A stretch of DNA of 64,000 nt from Pavona decussata (taxonomy: Eukaryota): positions 5,208,001-5,272,000 of the forward strand of contig CDRNST010000049.1 of the NCBI GenBank assembly GCA_977016875.1, written 5' to 3'. The translations under genes were made by a program, and so were the position numbers. The stretch's first letter is position 1, and each line of letters begins with the position of its first letter. This document shows positions 23,985-37,598 of this stretch, in pieces. Below the pieces are notes generated by a model that saw only the letters and a program-made list of their open reading frames with translations, was not told where the DNA came from and ran no database searches.

Positions 23985-25582
23985 AGGCCCCTACAGGCCT
24001 TCACGGCTCTAATGGCTCCTCAGGTGGGGATTCCCCGGTCTTCATACTCTTCATTCTTCAGCAGCAGGACCAGTTGCTGGACTGGTCTGTCCAGGAATGA
24101 TGCTGGTGCGGTGGCTCGACCGTTCTTGTCCAAGGTGTCATCCGCCATTCTCAACCGAACCTTCCGGACCATACCATCCTTGTCAGGGTACGTCTCCTCT
24201 ACGATCCCGGTCTTCCATGCGTTCTGGGCGAGTGATCATCCTTAACGACGACGATATCGTTCACCTGAAGACTTCGTCTTGTCGCAGACCATTTCTGTCT
24301 CGGCTGCAGGGACTGCAAGTAATCCTTTTTCCACTGTATCCAGAACTCATTCGCTAGGTATTGCACCCCTCGCCATTGCGTTCTCAAATACAGGTCGGCG
24401 CTTTGGAAGTTTCCAGGTGGGGGTATGATGACCTTTGACTTCATTGTAAGCAGGTGGTTTGGCGTGAGAGGCTGAGGCAACTGTGGAGAGTTCATTGTGT
24501 CCGCAGTCAGTGGACGACAATTAACTATAGCTTCAGCTTCCACCATGAAGGTTCGGAGCGTCTCGCCGTCGAGCTGAGTTCCATGATGGCTAAGAAGCGA
24601 CGCCAATACATTTCGCACGGTGCGGATTTGGCATTCCCACGCCCCACCCATGTGACTTGAGTGTGGGAAGTTCATCCTGAAGTCTACCCAGTCACAGTTG
24701 GTTTTCGGTGACTCTTGTCTGATTTGCTCGTGTCCTAATTCTGAGGTAGCTTGGTTCAGCTCGTTCATCGCGCCAACGAAATTTGAGCCTTGGTCGGATT
24801 GCAACTGTCGTACTGGTCCACGGCGTGCTACGAAACGACAATAGGCGTTCAGGAACGAATCTGTGGACAAGCTATCCGCGACTTCCAGATGAATGGCTCT
24901 GGACGCTAGGCACGTGAACAGAACTCCATAACGCTTGAGTTCGCGACGGCCATCCTTGATATACCAGGGACCAAAATAGTCCACTGCACAGAAGGTGAAG
25001 GGCGGTGCAGGCTCTAGGCGATCTTCTGGTAGGTCCGCCATCTTTTGCTCTTGAGGCATGCTTCTCAATCGGCGGCATGTGACACATTTCGATATGTGGC
25101 TCGATACAGCAGAACTTCCGCCAATAATCCAGTATCCTGCTGAGCGAACTTCACCTTGAGTGATCCCTCTGCCTTGGTGCTGGATGGCCTGATGATGATG
25201 GCAGAGGATCATGTCAGTCACATGTCCTTTTCTGGGGAGTATGACTGGATGTCTCACCTCATAGGGGAGGCTAGAGTGCTTGATCCGCCCACCAACTCTT
25301 AATACACCGTCTTTGTCTAGGAACGGGTCTAGCTTGTACAGGGAGCTTGACCCTTTCATCACACGGTTTCCGTCCTTGGCAGTGCTTCGGTTAATGACTT
25401 GTGGTTGGACGTTGAGACTCTTCAGCAACTGTATTTCTTCTGGGAACACTTCATTCTGGACCATCTTGATAATTTGCAACTCAGAATATTTCAGCTCTTG
25501 AACATTTACAGGGACATAATAATAATAATCTTTATTGAGGAAATCAATGTCACTAATAAGTGATTTACAAAAGAGTCCTCGA

Positions 25583-25626
<44 letters not shown>

Positions 25627-28600
25627 AAGACTAATATATGAATATACAAAAATTAGACTAAAGACTATTTACATTTCTTACCACTCTTTTAAAACTAGCT
25701 AATGATGGGCTTTGTCTGATTGTCTGACATAGGTGGCCGCTCTTCCTATTCTTTCTGCTGTGTCTGGACTTGTATCTTGGGAAGAACAGATACTGGTCTT
25801 GCGGAATCTTCTCTGCACACGGAGACAAATGGCGATTGCTCTCTTTGCTCGATGCCAACTAGAGAAATATTTCAGGCGCTCCAATGGGAGGATGGTTCTT
25901 CAACCTGAGTTGCTCGCACAGTGATCTTCTTGGTTTCCGGGTCGTCAGGAGGGATCGAAGGGATGTTGTCAACAAGATCCCAATCTTCATGAGAATTCCA
26001 AAGGAATTCTGGCCCATTCCACCACAGGGAGCCGTCAATTAGTTCTTGGGCACCAGCGCCGCGAGAAGCAATGTCAGCGGGATTGGATTTCGTTCCAACG
26101 TAGCGCCACTGGTCCGGCGATGTCTTCTCTCGTATCTCCTGGACGCTGTTGCCGACAAAGACATGGAATCGCCTGGCATCATTGTTGATGTAGCCTAAGA
26201 CCGTCTTGCTGTCAGTCCAGAACGTTTCCTTCACTTCCTCGTACTCCAGCTCTTTCCGCAGCGTGTAGCTTATCTTGGACGAAACGAGTGCAGCGGTCAG
26301 CTCCAGTCTAGGTATGGTGATGGGCTTCAACGGCGTCACGCGCGACTCTCCCATCACAAGAGAACAGTGTATTCGGTTCTTAGCATCGACTAATCGTAGG
26401 TAGGTACACTGCCCATAGCCATTTTGACAAGCGTCTGAGAAGTGGTGCAACTCTGTGTGCTTGATCTCATCGAATTCTTCAGGTTTATGACATCTTGCTA
26501 TCTTGAGCTTCTCTAGGGCGGGAAGTTCAGATCTCCATTTCTCCCATCTAGGTCTCACATCTTCAGGTACTTCGTCGTCCCAGCCAACTCCATCACGGCA
26601 CAGCTCTTGCAGGATTCTCTTTCCTACCAGGATGAATGGGGCGACGAGGCCAAGAGGATCAAAAACCGAGCTAACTGTGTATAGAATGCCTCTTCTCGAT
26701 AGCGGTTTGTCCTTCAACTCGATTCTGAACTGGAGCGTGTCTGATTTGATGCACCAGTGGACTCCCAGAGCGTGTTCGATGACTGGATCGTTACTGACAA
26801 GGCGAGGATCCTTTGTGTCCTTCGCTTGATCTTCTGAGGGAACGGAATTTATCACCTCCTTGCTATTCGATGTAAACTTGTGAAGACGGAAACCACCTTT
26901 CTGGCACAGTGACTTGGTATTTCTGATCAGGTTCTTTGCTTGTTCAACGGTTGGTACCGACTTGAGTCCGTCATCCACGTAGAAATCCTTTCTCACGAAA
27001 TCTGCTGCCTCGGTGCCGCAATCTTCTTCGTACTGGTCAGCAGTGGTCTTGAGAGCGAAGTTTGCACAGCCGGGCGAGGAAGTAACGCCAAAAAGGTGGA
27101 CAGTCATACGGTACTCTACTGGATCTCCCTTGAATTCTTCGTTATCCCACCACAAGAATCTCAGGTAATCACGATGGTTCTCGTCGACTTTGACTTGATG
27201 AAACATCGCCTGGATGTCGCACATAAAGGCTACTCGCTCTTGACGAAATCGGCATAGTACTCCTGTGAGATTGTTCGTGAGATCTGGACCTTGCAATAGC
27301 TGCTGGTTTAGGGACTTCCGTCACATACTGCGCTGCAGTCGAACACGACTCTGATCTTCCCAGGCTTCTTCTTGTGATACACTCCGTGGTGTGGAATGTA
27401 CCATACTCGCTTGTTGTCTGAGGATAGTTTGTCTGTGGGAACTCGTCCTGCATATCCACTAGTTATGATGTCTTGCATGAAGCCACTGTAATCTCTTCGG
27501 AATTGGTCATCGTTAGTCAATCTCCGTTTCAACTTTAGTAGGCGGCTCAGGGCCAATTCCTTACTGTTTGGCAGTTCCACGTCTTCTTTCTTCAGAGGCA
27601 GAGGCATCTCGTAGTGGCCATCATCTCGCTGATGAGCACCGTCTCGTACTACTTTGAGGAACTTCCGATCTTCAAAGGATAGCGACTTCTCTTCGGTTCG
27701 TCTTTCATTGAAGTCAAGTGTGAACATCTTAGCAACATCGTGCGGGTTGAGCAGCTCTTTCACTTCTGTCCTTAACGCAAAGTGACACATCTTCCTACTT
27801 GAGTCTACTTGGACTTCTCGGGTGATAATGCGATTGCAGAAAATGTCGCTCTCGGTTTCAGCCTCATCTTCATGTGTTAGAGGGTTTACTGCACCAATGA
27901 TTCCCCATCCAAGAGCGGTTCGCTTAGCGTACGGGTCATCTTCTACTCCGGGAACAACTTCAAGCGGTTTAATCACACGAGGGCAGTTGAGACCGATAAG
28001 GAGGCCGACCTCAACGTCACTACGGAAGGGCATCAGCTTCTCAGATACCATTTGGAGATGTGGCCAACCATGGGCGGATTCGGGCCTTGGAATCTGACTC
28101 CTTTTAGCCAGTATGGTGGATCTTGAGTAGGTCTTGGGTAAAGGGATTTCACGCTCTTCATTGTAACCACGCACAACCAGGCCTTCGATCTTCTGACTTG
28201 TAACCACTTCCTCTGCCGTCGAAATCTTTAGGTCTACCTCTGCTCCGTTCAAATCCAGCTTTCGCAGAACGTGTTCGTTTACAAAACAAGCGTCAGATTG
28301 TTCATCCAGGAGAGCGTAGATCAGCAATTTGTTCTGAGCATCCTTACTCTGATGAACCCATACGGGTACTATTAACGAGTGCATGCAAGGCGCAGTTGTT
28401 TTCTTCGTGTCGCAGACCTTCGCACGGTTCGAGATGACTTCGGTTACATTCGTTACTTCGGTTGCATTCGTTACCGCTTTGTCTTGCTCGGGTATCTTGG
28501 GGGGATCACTGTGAAGGGAGGTTGGATGAAATCCATTGCAGGTTTTGCATACTCGCCTTCTTCAATAGTCCTTTCTCATGTGACCCCATTTTAAGCAGCC

Positions 28601-30645
28601 CAGGCACAGTGCCTTCGATCTGATGACATCTCTTCTTTCTACCAGGGACATACTTAGAAAACTTTTACATGCGTCCAAGTCGTGAGGACCCTTGCACAGC
28701 GGACACGTGACAGCCTCAGGTTTATTCTCCCTCTTACTGTCGGAAGCGCTGGTCTTCACTTCACCAGAACCAGTAGCGAAGGTGCTAACCTTGGCCGATT
28801 TCTTTTTGTAACTATTCGACTTCCATGCTCTCTCTGCGTCTTGTCTTGGGGCTTCTTCCTTATGAGGCCTTGTCGTTACCGGATTGCACGCAATTCTTGC
28901 TTCTCTTTCGAGGAACCTGCAGAAGGCTTTGAAAGGGGGGTAGGCCGTTCCATCCCCATCGGGTACGCTTTCTTGCCGCGATTCTGCTCTTCTCCTTCTT
29001 TGTTGAGCCAGCAATCAACTTCGCGACTCCATCGATCTATCAAGTAGCGCGGAAGCTTTTGGAGCATCTTCTGGTTTTCATCCGGGTCGTCAAGCACCTT
29101 TAGGTATTTGATGGTCTTTGTCGCCGTTTGGCAGTGGACGAGGAAGTCCGAAAATCTGCGTAGGCTTGCTCCGTCATTTGGAGGGATTTTCGGACATTCG
29201 TTAATCTTCTTTCTGTAGGCGTCTGCCACCAGAAATGGGTTGCCGAATCTCTCTGCTAAGATCTTCTTTGCTCGTCGGTATGCGTCGGCAGTTTCCAGTA
29301 ACAGGAGGCCGCTGATCGCCTCTCGTGGTTCGACTCTTGTATACTTCCCGAGGTAGTACAGTCTTTGGGAAACCTTGTCTGTCTGGCCTTCTATGATGGT
29401 TTCGAAAGACTTCAACCACAGGGGATAGTGCAGTAAATCGCCGCCGAAGATCTCTGGTTCTGGGAGAGGAAGCATGTCTTGAAGAGGTCGCTGACAAAGC
29501 ACATTGGCTAAACGATGCAGTGAATCTTCGACGGACGAACTGTTCAGAGGAAGACTGGCTCTTGGATTGTCTGCTGTGATTCCGGTCTTGGCTGTATCGC
29601 TTACGGGGATTTTCGAGTCAACACGCGTGCGCGGAACTCTGTAGGGACTTGTCTCAAACTCGGCTACTAAAGGATTCAGCGACGATCGAAGAGCTGTAGA
29701 CTTCGGAGGTGCGAACGGATTCGGTGATGAGTCGGGACGTAACACCGGTCTAGAATTCGTATCTTCGGTAGATCTCACTTTAAAAGGAGAAGTCCAGAGT
29801 TCCTCCTTTATCAAAGTCTGTCTCGTCTCGGGACTCTCGCGATGCAAAACGGATTCAACATACGTTTCTATGGTCGGAAGGCTGGCGTCTGTCACCGATG
29901 ACATTTGATCACGAGTCTTCAAATAATTTTGGAGAACGTAATTCCTGTCGGTTTCTTGCGGGAGAAACTGATCTTCCTCGCGATCGTCCTTCTCAATTTT
30001 CCTTTCATCGGCTACGTTGACCGCTTCCATTTCGGCTTTGGCGACTGCCAGCTCCTTGCTTAGTCTAAATCGTTTAGGTTCGTCCTCGCACTCCTTCAAA
30101 GTAGTTGTTTTCCGTGCTTCGGCGTCCGCAAATTCCAACTGAGTTTTAAGTCTTGCAACATTTGCAGCCATATCCGCTCTTTTTGATAGCGAAGATGCGA
30201 TAGATGATTTCTCGGATTTAAGGCTTCGAGAACCTCGGCTGGAATGTTTTGATCGTGAAGAGCGTTCGCTTACATCTTGTCTAAGATCCGAAAGTTTGTT
30301 ATTTAATCTTCTCAGCGTGCCTGAATGCTCACGCTCCAGTGATTCTAATTGCGCCACTGCCTCCTTTTTTGCTTCGTAGTTATCTGCTAGCGCTTCGCAG
30401 AGTCGATTACTTGCCGCGTATAGAATATCCATTCTCGTCTCGAGGAATGTTCTCTCGCTCTTTAGGAGATCGATGTTCGTTGAATCTCCCATCAGATTTG
30501 TAACTTTGTTTATTTGTTTGCGCCACATGCGCTGAGCGGAAGATCTTTGTTCCTCGAGTAAATTAAGGTGATACATTCTTCCCCTTTCTGTAGGATTTCG
30601 AAATCTGATCGACAAGGAATCTTCAGAATCTTCCATTTTAGACAT
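23985..30645 (-). pseudogene. BEL/Pao gag-pol (gag zinc knuckles, protease, RT, RNase H, integrase), disrupted
   Basis: CPLCKGPHDLDAC and CLGCLKWGH; ALLDEQSD; [36 protein letters not shown]; HHCC finger, VDYFGP, SDQGSNF, GGAWE. Several stops and frameshifts. Confidence 0.95.
25519..25699 (-). mobile_element. Very short LINE 3' end inserted in BEL pol
   Basis: Encodes LASFKRVVRNVNSL* then a UTR with a poly-T run and (ATT)n tail. Removal restores ...SDKAHH|YVPVNVQ. Confidence 0.75.
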
Positions 30646-30715
30646 CGGAGTGTTCAGTGTTCAATTGCAATGCGACGTGTTTCCTCCGCTGAGTTTCTAC
30701 CCCAAGAGTTTTTAC

Positions 30716-31229
30716 TGTAACGGGGGCGGATATTGACATCGGGTTTCTTTCAGATCAGTTCAATATTCAGATCAACATCGCCGTCGGAGAAACGTTTTAT
30801 AGACAGAGAATCCCGAGCATCTATTCTAACTTGTTTATCATACTTGAAATTCCCGTAAAAACTGAAAATAATAATCGAAAAGCGAGCGATTACAATAGAT
30901 TCTAAGATAATTCTACTGGGAGCACGTGGCATGCATGAAAACGATTACCTAGAATAACTCTAATAATATAACGAAATCACTAAAACTAAGAAATAACAAC
31001 ACTACTACGACTGAACTTAAAAACTATAAAACAAGGAAACATACCTCTTTCTCCGATAGAAACTATCTTAATGGCACACGCGTCTTTCTTACTTTCGATC
31101 CGTACAATTCTCTATGTGACACTGAAAACTGATCCGACACGCGCAAAATACAAAGAAGCTTCAGATGATTAAAATAGAAACGGAAATGACGCGAGTCACG
31201 CAACGAAAAACTAATAGCTAACATTTACA
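30716..31229 (-). repeat. 5' LTR of BEL/Pao element
   Basis: 514-bp direct repeat of 23393-23907. Confidence 0.97.
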
Positions 31230-31658
31230 GTGAATTATCCTTGTTAAAGCTAGAATCGTCTTTTAAAGCGGCTCGAAAAATAATCGTACTAAAGTACAAC
31301 GTCTCTGCCCTCAAACTGTTCCCACCAGGATTTTGTTAGTCTGCTCGTGGAGGAAAGTATTTTTAAGTGCTGAACTTTTGGTTCAGCATCCATGATTTCT
31401 AAGCCCTGTTTCAGACGCTGTTCCTATGCTCTCATGTATAAACAGCAGGAAAAATACATTATAATGAATCAAAGCATGTCTACAGCCGTTCTTCCTGGCT
31501 GAGCCAGGCGGGATTAATTGACTCAGGGGATCTAAATTAGATCGGCCATTCCAGGGGTATCTAATCGAACAGTTTGGTAATCGAACCCAATCGTTCAATT
31601 GCCAAACTCAATCGAATATAATCCAACTCAATAAAAATTTGCCAATTGAACACTATCA

Positions 31659-34600
31659 AACGTTCGATTACCGAACGATCGGTAGTTGAACTCAGACGAA
31701 CGTTCGATTACCAAACTCTTCTTCGATAGGCACCTGGTCTGTGGAAATTCAGTCTTAAGGTCAAATCACTGCTAGCTTTTCCCTTCCCTTTTCACCCTGC
31801 TTTCAGTAAACATGTCGCAAATGTCAAGATTGAATTGGATTGGTTCGATTTTGTTCGATTGATTCGAAAATCGAACTCACAGCAAAATAGAGATTCAATT
31901 TTGCTCGATTGCCGAACCCAATCGAACATCAATAAAAAAATCCAATTGAACTCAATCGTTAAATACCCTGAGGGCGTTCTGAATTAATTCAGACGCCGTA
32001 CTTCACGTGAACTTAACTCGTTGAATTCAATTCGGCTCAGCTAAAGTACAGCGTCTGAACTGTGCCTAAGTGGACTCTTTAAGTTTTCTGAAACGAAATA
32101 CACAAACTCAACGTGCAGAACAATAAAAATACAACACTTTAATGTAAATTACTTTAGTTGCACCATGCTTGTTCTTCGATCAATTCACTGAATTTTGTAA
32201 AGGTTTAATACAAGCACTTAAACAGTACTCGCTACTTAATATACAATACTTAAAATTAGAAACAGTTCAGTTCAGATTGCAGGAGCTACTAAGTCCTCTG
32301 TGCCGGGTTTGCAAAATGGTGTTATCTCGTTGTAGAGATAGTTCTTTCGCTCTTCAGTGAGACCATCAGGTCTGATTGTGGGCGAAAGATGCGTTGGAGG
32401 AAGAATTGTTTCATTCTTCAGCAACATAAACTGTTGTTCTGGGCTGGTAGCAAATTCTTTACAGAAGACCATTCCCGGCCTGTCCTTTGTAAATCGAAAG
32501 TGATGATATTTCTTTATATTCGGGATCTTCTTAAAATAGGGTCCCAGGAAGGACGCCCAGTCGTACACAGGAACGAGTATTCTTCCGTCGTGTGTTCCCA
32601 CGAGTTGTACCTTGTTGATGCCAACGCTGCTAGGCTTTTCGACCATACGCGCGAGTTCATACATGGACGAGACGTAGGTAACTTTGTAGGCTTTCTTGAG
32701 ATTACCAAAGCAGCGGTCTGGGCCAAATTTCGTGTGGCCGGTAATAAGAAATGAATAAAGGATAGTGTCGTGGAGGTGTGTCAAAATTCTCCAAGCCAAG
32801 TACCACAGAAAATAATTGTTTTTATTCTGTCTGGCGCAGTTGTCGGCATTGAGTTGTACGTCTGTCTCCCCAAGTCCGTGGTGCTCAAAATAAAAATGAA
32901 CATAACTGATCGTCGCATTTGCTCCTTTCCCAGCGGATGAAGCTTCATCAATCAGGAAATTGACCTGTTGCGGGATTGCTTCACACATTATTCCAAAAAT
33001 ACCGCATTTCCGAGGAGTTTTAAAGTAAATGGGGCCCGGTTGCATGGGGTTGCTTGGATAATGCACTTGCTGTGCATAGTCAAACGAGTAATGCATTGTT
33101 GTCTTTAAGGAACAGGTATTTCCATTTGTGTGGTTTAAGGCTGCAAAACCGCCCACTGCCTTCAGTGTTTGTTTAGAGTTTGTACAAGAGTTTTTGTATA
33201 ATTCCCTTTCCGCTTGTGCACAGTTTACGTGTTCCTGGTGGGCCCTGATGCATTCTGCTTTCTCATCCTCCGAAAGATTGGCAACTCGTTGAAGTTTGTT
33301 AGTGTTTTGCTGACAAGTTATACATAAGTCAGTCATTGGTTTTGAAACCACAACATTAGGGTAAAAATTTCCCCATACTTCAAGGAATTTAGAATAGCTA
33401 ACAGCGCGCCTGTTGCTTGCCTGACAAGCTGACTCGTACACACGCCAAGTACCCTTCTTGGTCTCACTCGATGGCAGAACTTTAACATCATCATTCTTGA
33501 CCCCTGGAATCCTCCGGGAAGGACAATCACATTTTCTTCGATGTAGTTTAAAAGAAAGGAATTCACTTCTTCAATTGTTGACTGCGGAAGCGTATTTTCC
33601 GGTAGTTGTCTTTTGTTCCCGTGTTGCCATGGTGAAATGCCATGTTCCTCGTGGTGCTCTTTAAGTCGACGAAATCGCGAATAGCTTACGCCGTAAAAGC
33701 GCAAAAACATTTCTTTGCAAATTGATTTCGACTGGAAATAAAATGAGCAGCGAGGACTTCTTTTGCAACCAATAGACTCAGCTCGGGTGAATGCCTGGAT
33801 GCTAGTTAAAATAACCAAGTCGAGCTCAGTACTTGACAGTTTGAGGCAGTTGTTCAAATTAAACAAAACTGTTTCTTTGGTAAACTGTAGGGAACAAGGG
33901 CCGTTCTTTGGACCAAGAGTGCAGCCGCAACCATCACGTAGAAATCTTTTCACTTTCTCTGATACTTCATCGCAATCTTCTCTTTCGTTTTCAAAATCAG
34001 CCATGGCGTTGTTGTTTTAGTTTTACCCGTTTGGTTTTAGTTTTAATCGTTTTGAATTTCGCAATGTTTTGTTGCCATGGAAACGTGTCCTTTGACAAAA
34101 AGACTGGGACTTTGTTTGCGTTTTGACGGCTGTTTATGATCATTCTGCTTCGCCTCAAAAGTCTTACTCAAAGGTGATAAGGTGGTCTGCAAAACCTGGG
34201 TTTATTTCGTAATTGAATGAGAACAATCGAATCATTTTTAAGGTGTCGAAACAGCGGGCGGTCTTGGACACGACATCTTCAATGCCCACGATCGCTCGAA
34301 CACTAAGCGATCGTGGTTTGCAGTCTAGCCTGAGTCTAGCCTGATGTGTGCGATGGGATTATAATCATACTTAAGACAGTACTCTTAAGCTAAAGCATTA
34401 CTTTATGCTAGTCTCTGTCCTCAGCCTGTTCCTGACATGATTTTATCAGTCTTGGCTTGCGGAGGAAATTTTTTTTTTACGTGCTGAACTTTTAGTGCAG
34501 CAACCGTTATTCCTATTAAAGTAGACTCTAAAGTATTCTTAACGAGATACACGAGGAACGAAAGCGGTAAGTGTAATATTTGCCTTTCAAAAACATTGCT

Positions 34601-35215
34601 GGAACCAGTTTTCCTAAACTAACAGCAGTCCGTCTCGTCATTTGTCAAGCGTAAGGCTAAAACATTAGCGTGAGAAAAATGGCCGCGGGAAATCTGGACG
34701 CCAGATTTCGCGCGGCCATTTTTCGTCGTGGGGCGAAAGAGGGACTCTTCATACTCTAGTTTTTCCTTTTGATGTTACTGTATGAAAGACGATGTATGAG
34801 GCAAAGCATTAGAATACAAAAATATGTCTGTGGGTGTTTGCATTCGAGAAACGAAGCTAACGAATGGTGCTCATAGCTGGAACAGTCACAGGTAATGTAC
34901 AGGTAACGTGCATAGCTGTAAACGGCTGCAGAGCCAGGTTAAACGCCTTAAGATAGTGTTGCTCTTGGCTAACGGCTAATGGAGTTCAAACTTCAGCTAA
35001 CCGATGCTAACGCCTAAGCTAGTTGTTCTAACGGATGCAAATTTTTGCTAACAGGTACATAAACTGTTCTAACGGTTCCAAACTAACGACTAACGCTTTT
35101 ACTCGCAGTACTAACGGTTTTCATGAAACGTTTAACGGGTTACTAACGGACGACTAACGCTTTCGGCCGTTTAACGGATAAGCGTTAGTGTATGTTTTCC
35201 CGTGTGTGGTCACAT
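31659..35215. repeat. 3.6-kb cassette, copy 1 (duplicated at 58599-62265)
   Basis: Colinear, high-identity match through MITE fragments, transposase ORF, upstream region and TAACGG array, ending ...CCCGTGTGTGGTCACAT. Confidence 0.93.
32272..34004 (-). pseudogene. Sola1-like DDE transposase, copy 1 (1-bp frameshift near 33513)
   Basis: ORFs 33333-34004 and 32272-33441 together equal the 578-aa ORF at 59227-60963; HYSFDYAQ, ADNC.xQNKN, GHTKFGPD. Confidence 0.8.
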
Positions 35216-37598
35216 ATAGCATCTGATTGCTTGTGACACAATAAACATTCCATTGCTTTTTCCCTAGAGCTAGCTGAGTCTGATGGAGTTAGTCATGCGA
35301 TGTTTTCCACATCAATGCCTAACATTGACTCTGCCACTAATCTTGTCTACATGCAGATTTCTTATGCGTGCGTTTTTAGCATTACCACAAAAATCTTAAA
35401 ATGAAGATGATGCTCTTCCAAAACAATTCCTATCATTTTAAATGTGATGCCACACAGAAGGTCCAATGATAAATCCCAGTCTCCGGAAAAAACATCTATT
35501 TCTTGCTCTCCTTTTGAGTAAAGAAACACACCAAAAAAAACCAAAAACACCTCATCGCTCCACATTCTATAATCGTCATGGTCATTTCATCCAGACCTTG
35601 GTTTCACTCTCTTGTTATGTTTTTTTGCGAGGCACAGTTTCATGGTTCGGCATATGTGTCCCACAACAATCTTAAATATTTTTGAAACTTGAAATTGTAG
35701 AGTCATATGAGGTAACTAGCTGGATAATGTGACAGACATTGATATTATTTCCAATGAGAAGTATGAACATATACAAGAAATGTAAACAGAATTTAATCTG
35801 ACCTCAAAATGTTCACAGGGAGGATTTTTTTGGTGATTTATGACCTCACCTCTCACTGGTTCATGAAAATTAAATATTTAGTACTTGCTTGCATATGTGC
35901 CAAACCGAGAATCGACCAACTCCAATTTGCCTGTAGCCTCCTTTTCAAAATTTTTGCCTGTTGTGTGTCAAGCTATCTATGAGAGTCTTCGGAACAACAA
36001 TTATTTACAGGTACATTAATAAAGGGTTTGAGTAATGAAGGCAAATGTTGTTTGTCACAACAGAAGCCAGACAGACAAAAACTGAACCGGTATGTACAGT
36101 TCTTAGTACATTGTAATGGATTATGTATGTGGTTCCTTCTGCGTGCAATAGCCAATGCAGTTGTCAACCTACATTCATCAATAGGATCTGGGTTTTTGAC
36201 TAGCCGTTTTGTCTCTTTCACTTGCCATTAAAAATTTTGTCTCCCCTCCCCCACTCCCCTCCTTTTAGAAATTTGTTAATGACAAATTTTCAACTTCATA
36301 ACAAAACAAATCAATGAACAATTTTTTTAATATAAATACTTTTTACAGTAGATACAATTTTGGAAGATACAATGAATAGATATTTACATAAAAATTATTA
36401 CACTATTTTTAATTTCCAATAAATTTACTTAAAATGTATAATATTGGCGCAGAATAAAGCTTTTTCAAAAGGCACTACGTAAATATATTTTAAATGATGC
36501 CCAATATAATATATATTTTATAATTTGTAGGAGCAATATACTATTTTACAAAATGAAGCTCAATACCATATAATAAAAATATTATAATTTGCTGTACAAT
36601 AAATGCACAATGAATATTAAAAATAGTGCTTAATATTTAATATTTATTAATTTGGAGAGGCAAAAAATAAATACTAATGATTTCAAATTATGCCTAAATA
36701 CTAATGATTTCAAATTATGCCCAATGTCAGGTACACTATAACAAACAAAACTTTAAACTTAATAAACTTTAAGGTCCCCATTTACAAGGTGAGCCCTCTA
36801 TCAGGGCTTCCTATATTGGCATAGGTAATGCTGTCAGCTGAACTTGATGAGGCTAACGTTTGTGGCAACACACCGATGCTTGCATTTGCGAACTGTCCTG
36901 GCCACACCGATGTCATAGGATTGGCAACCAACTGATCTTCCTTGAACTCTGCCTCAACAAGTAGCCGCTGGATTTTTAGTTTTAGCATTTCTTTTGCACA
37001 GCCATCTGGAATTTTGTTAATGTGTGATCCCACAACTTGTCCAAAGAGATCATTGTCATCTGTAGTATTGTTAGGCAACTGAACTGATGGTGGATTTTTC
37101 ATGACGTTTGAAACACATGTTAGGATATCCTCTTCTTCACGTGCAGATTTCCTCTTTTTTGTAACTAGAGAAGAGGGAGATTGATTTTCTTTCTTGCTGC
37201 TTTCTTGAATCAGATCAGTAGGCTCTGCATTATCAGCATCATTCTAAAGGAAAGAGATATTTAAAAAATACCACATAATTTTGGACTGAAAACAATTCTT
37301 TAGAAATAATAATTATGGGAACCCCTCTTCAAGTAAATATAGCTAAGAGTTATTCCTGTAATAAGTGTACACTTGACTCTCACCATGTCCCTGGACATGT
37401 CCTCCTCCCCCTGGGATCCTCGTGATGTGAGGTCATTCACTGGGTTACCTGGCACCCCCATGTGTGAAGGAGTCCCCAGCATCGACTCAAATTTCTAAGG
37501 TGCCACAGGTCTACTGAATACCTTAAATTGCAAATCAATGTGCATAAATAATTATACATGTACTTATCAATTGCAATTGTTATTCAATTACGTTTTAG

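Larger units (their letters stand above)
23393..31229 (-). mobile_element. BEL/Pao LTR retrotransposon, full length
   Basis: TG...CA LTRs at 23393-23907 and 30716-31229; 5-bp TSD GTGAA; purine-rich PPT ggggagcca next to the 3' LTR. Confidence 0.97.
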
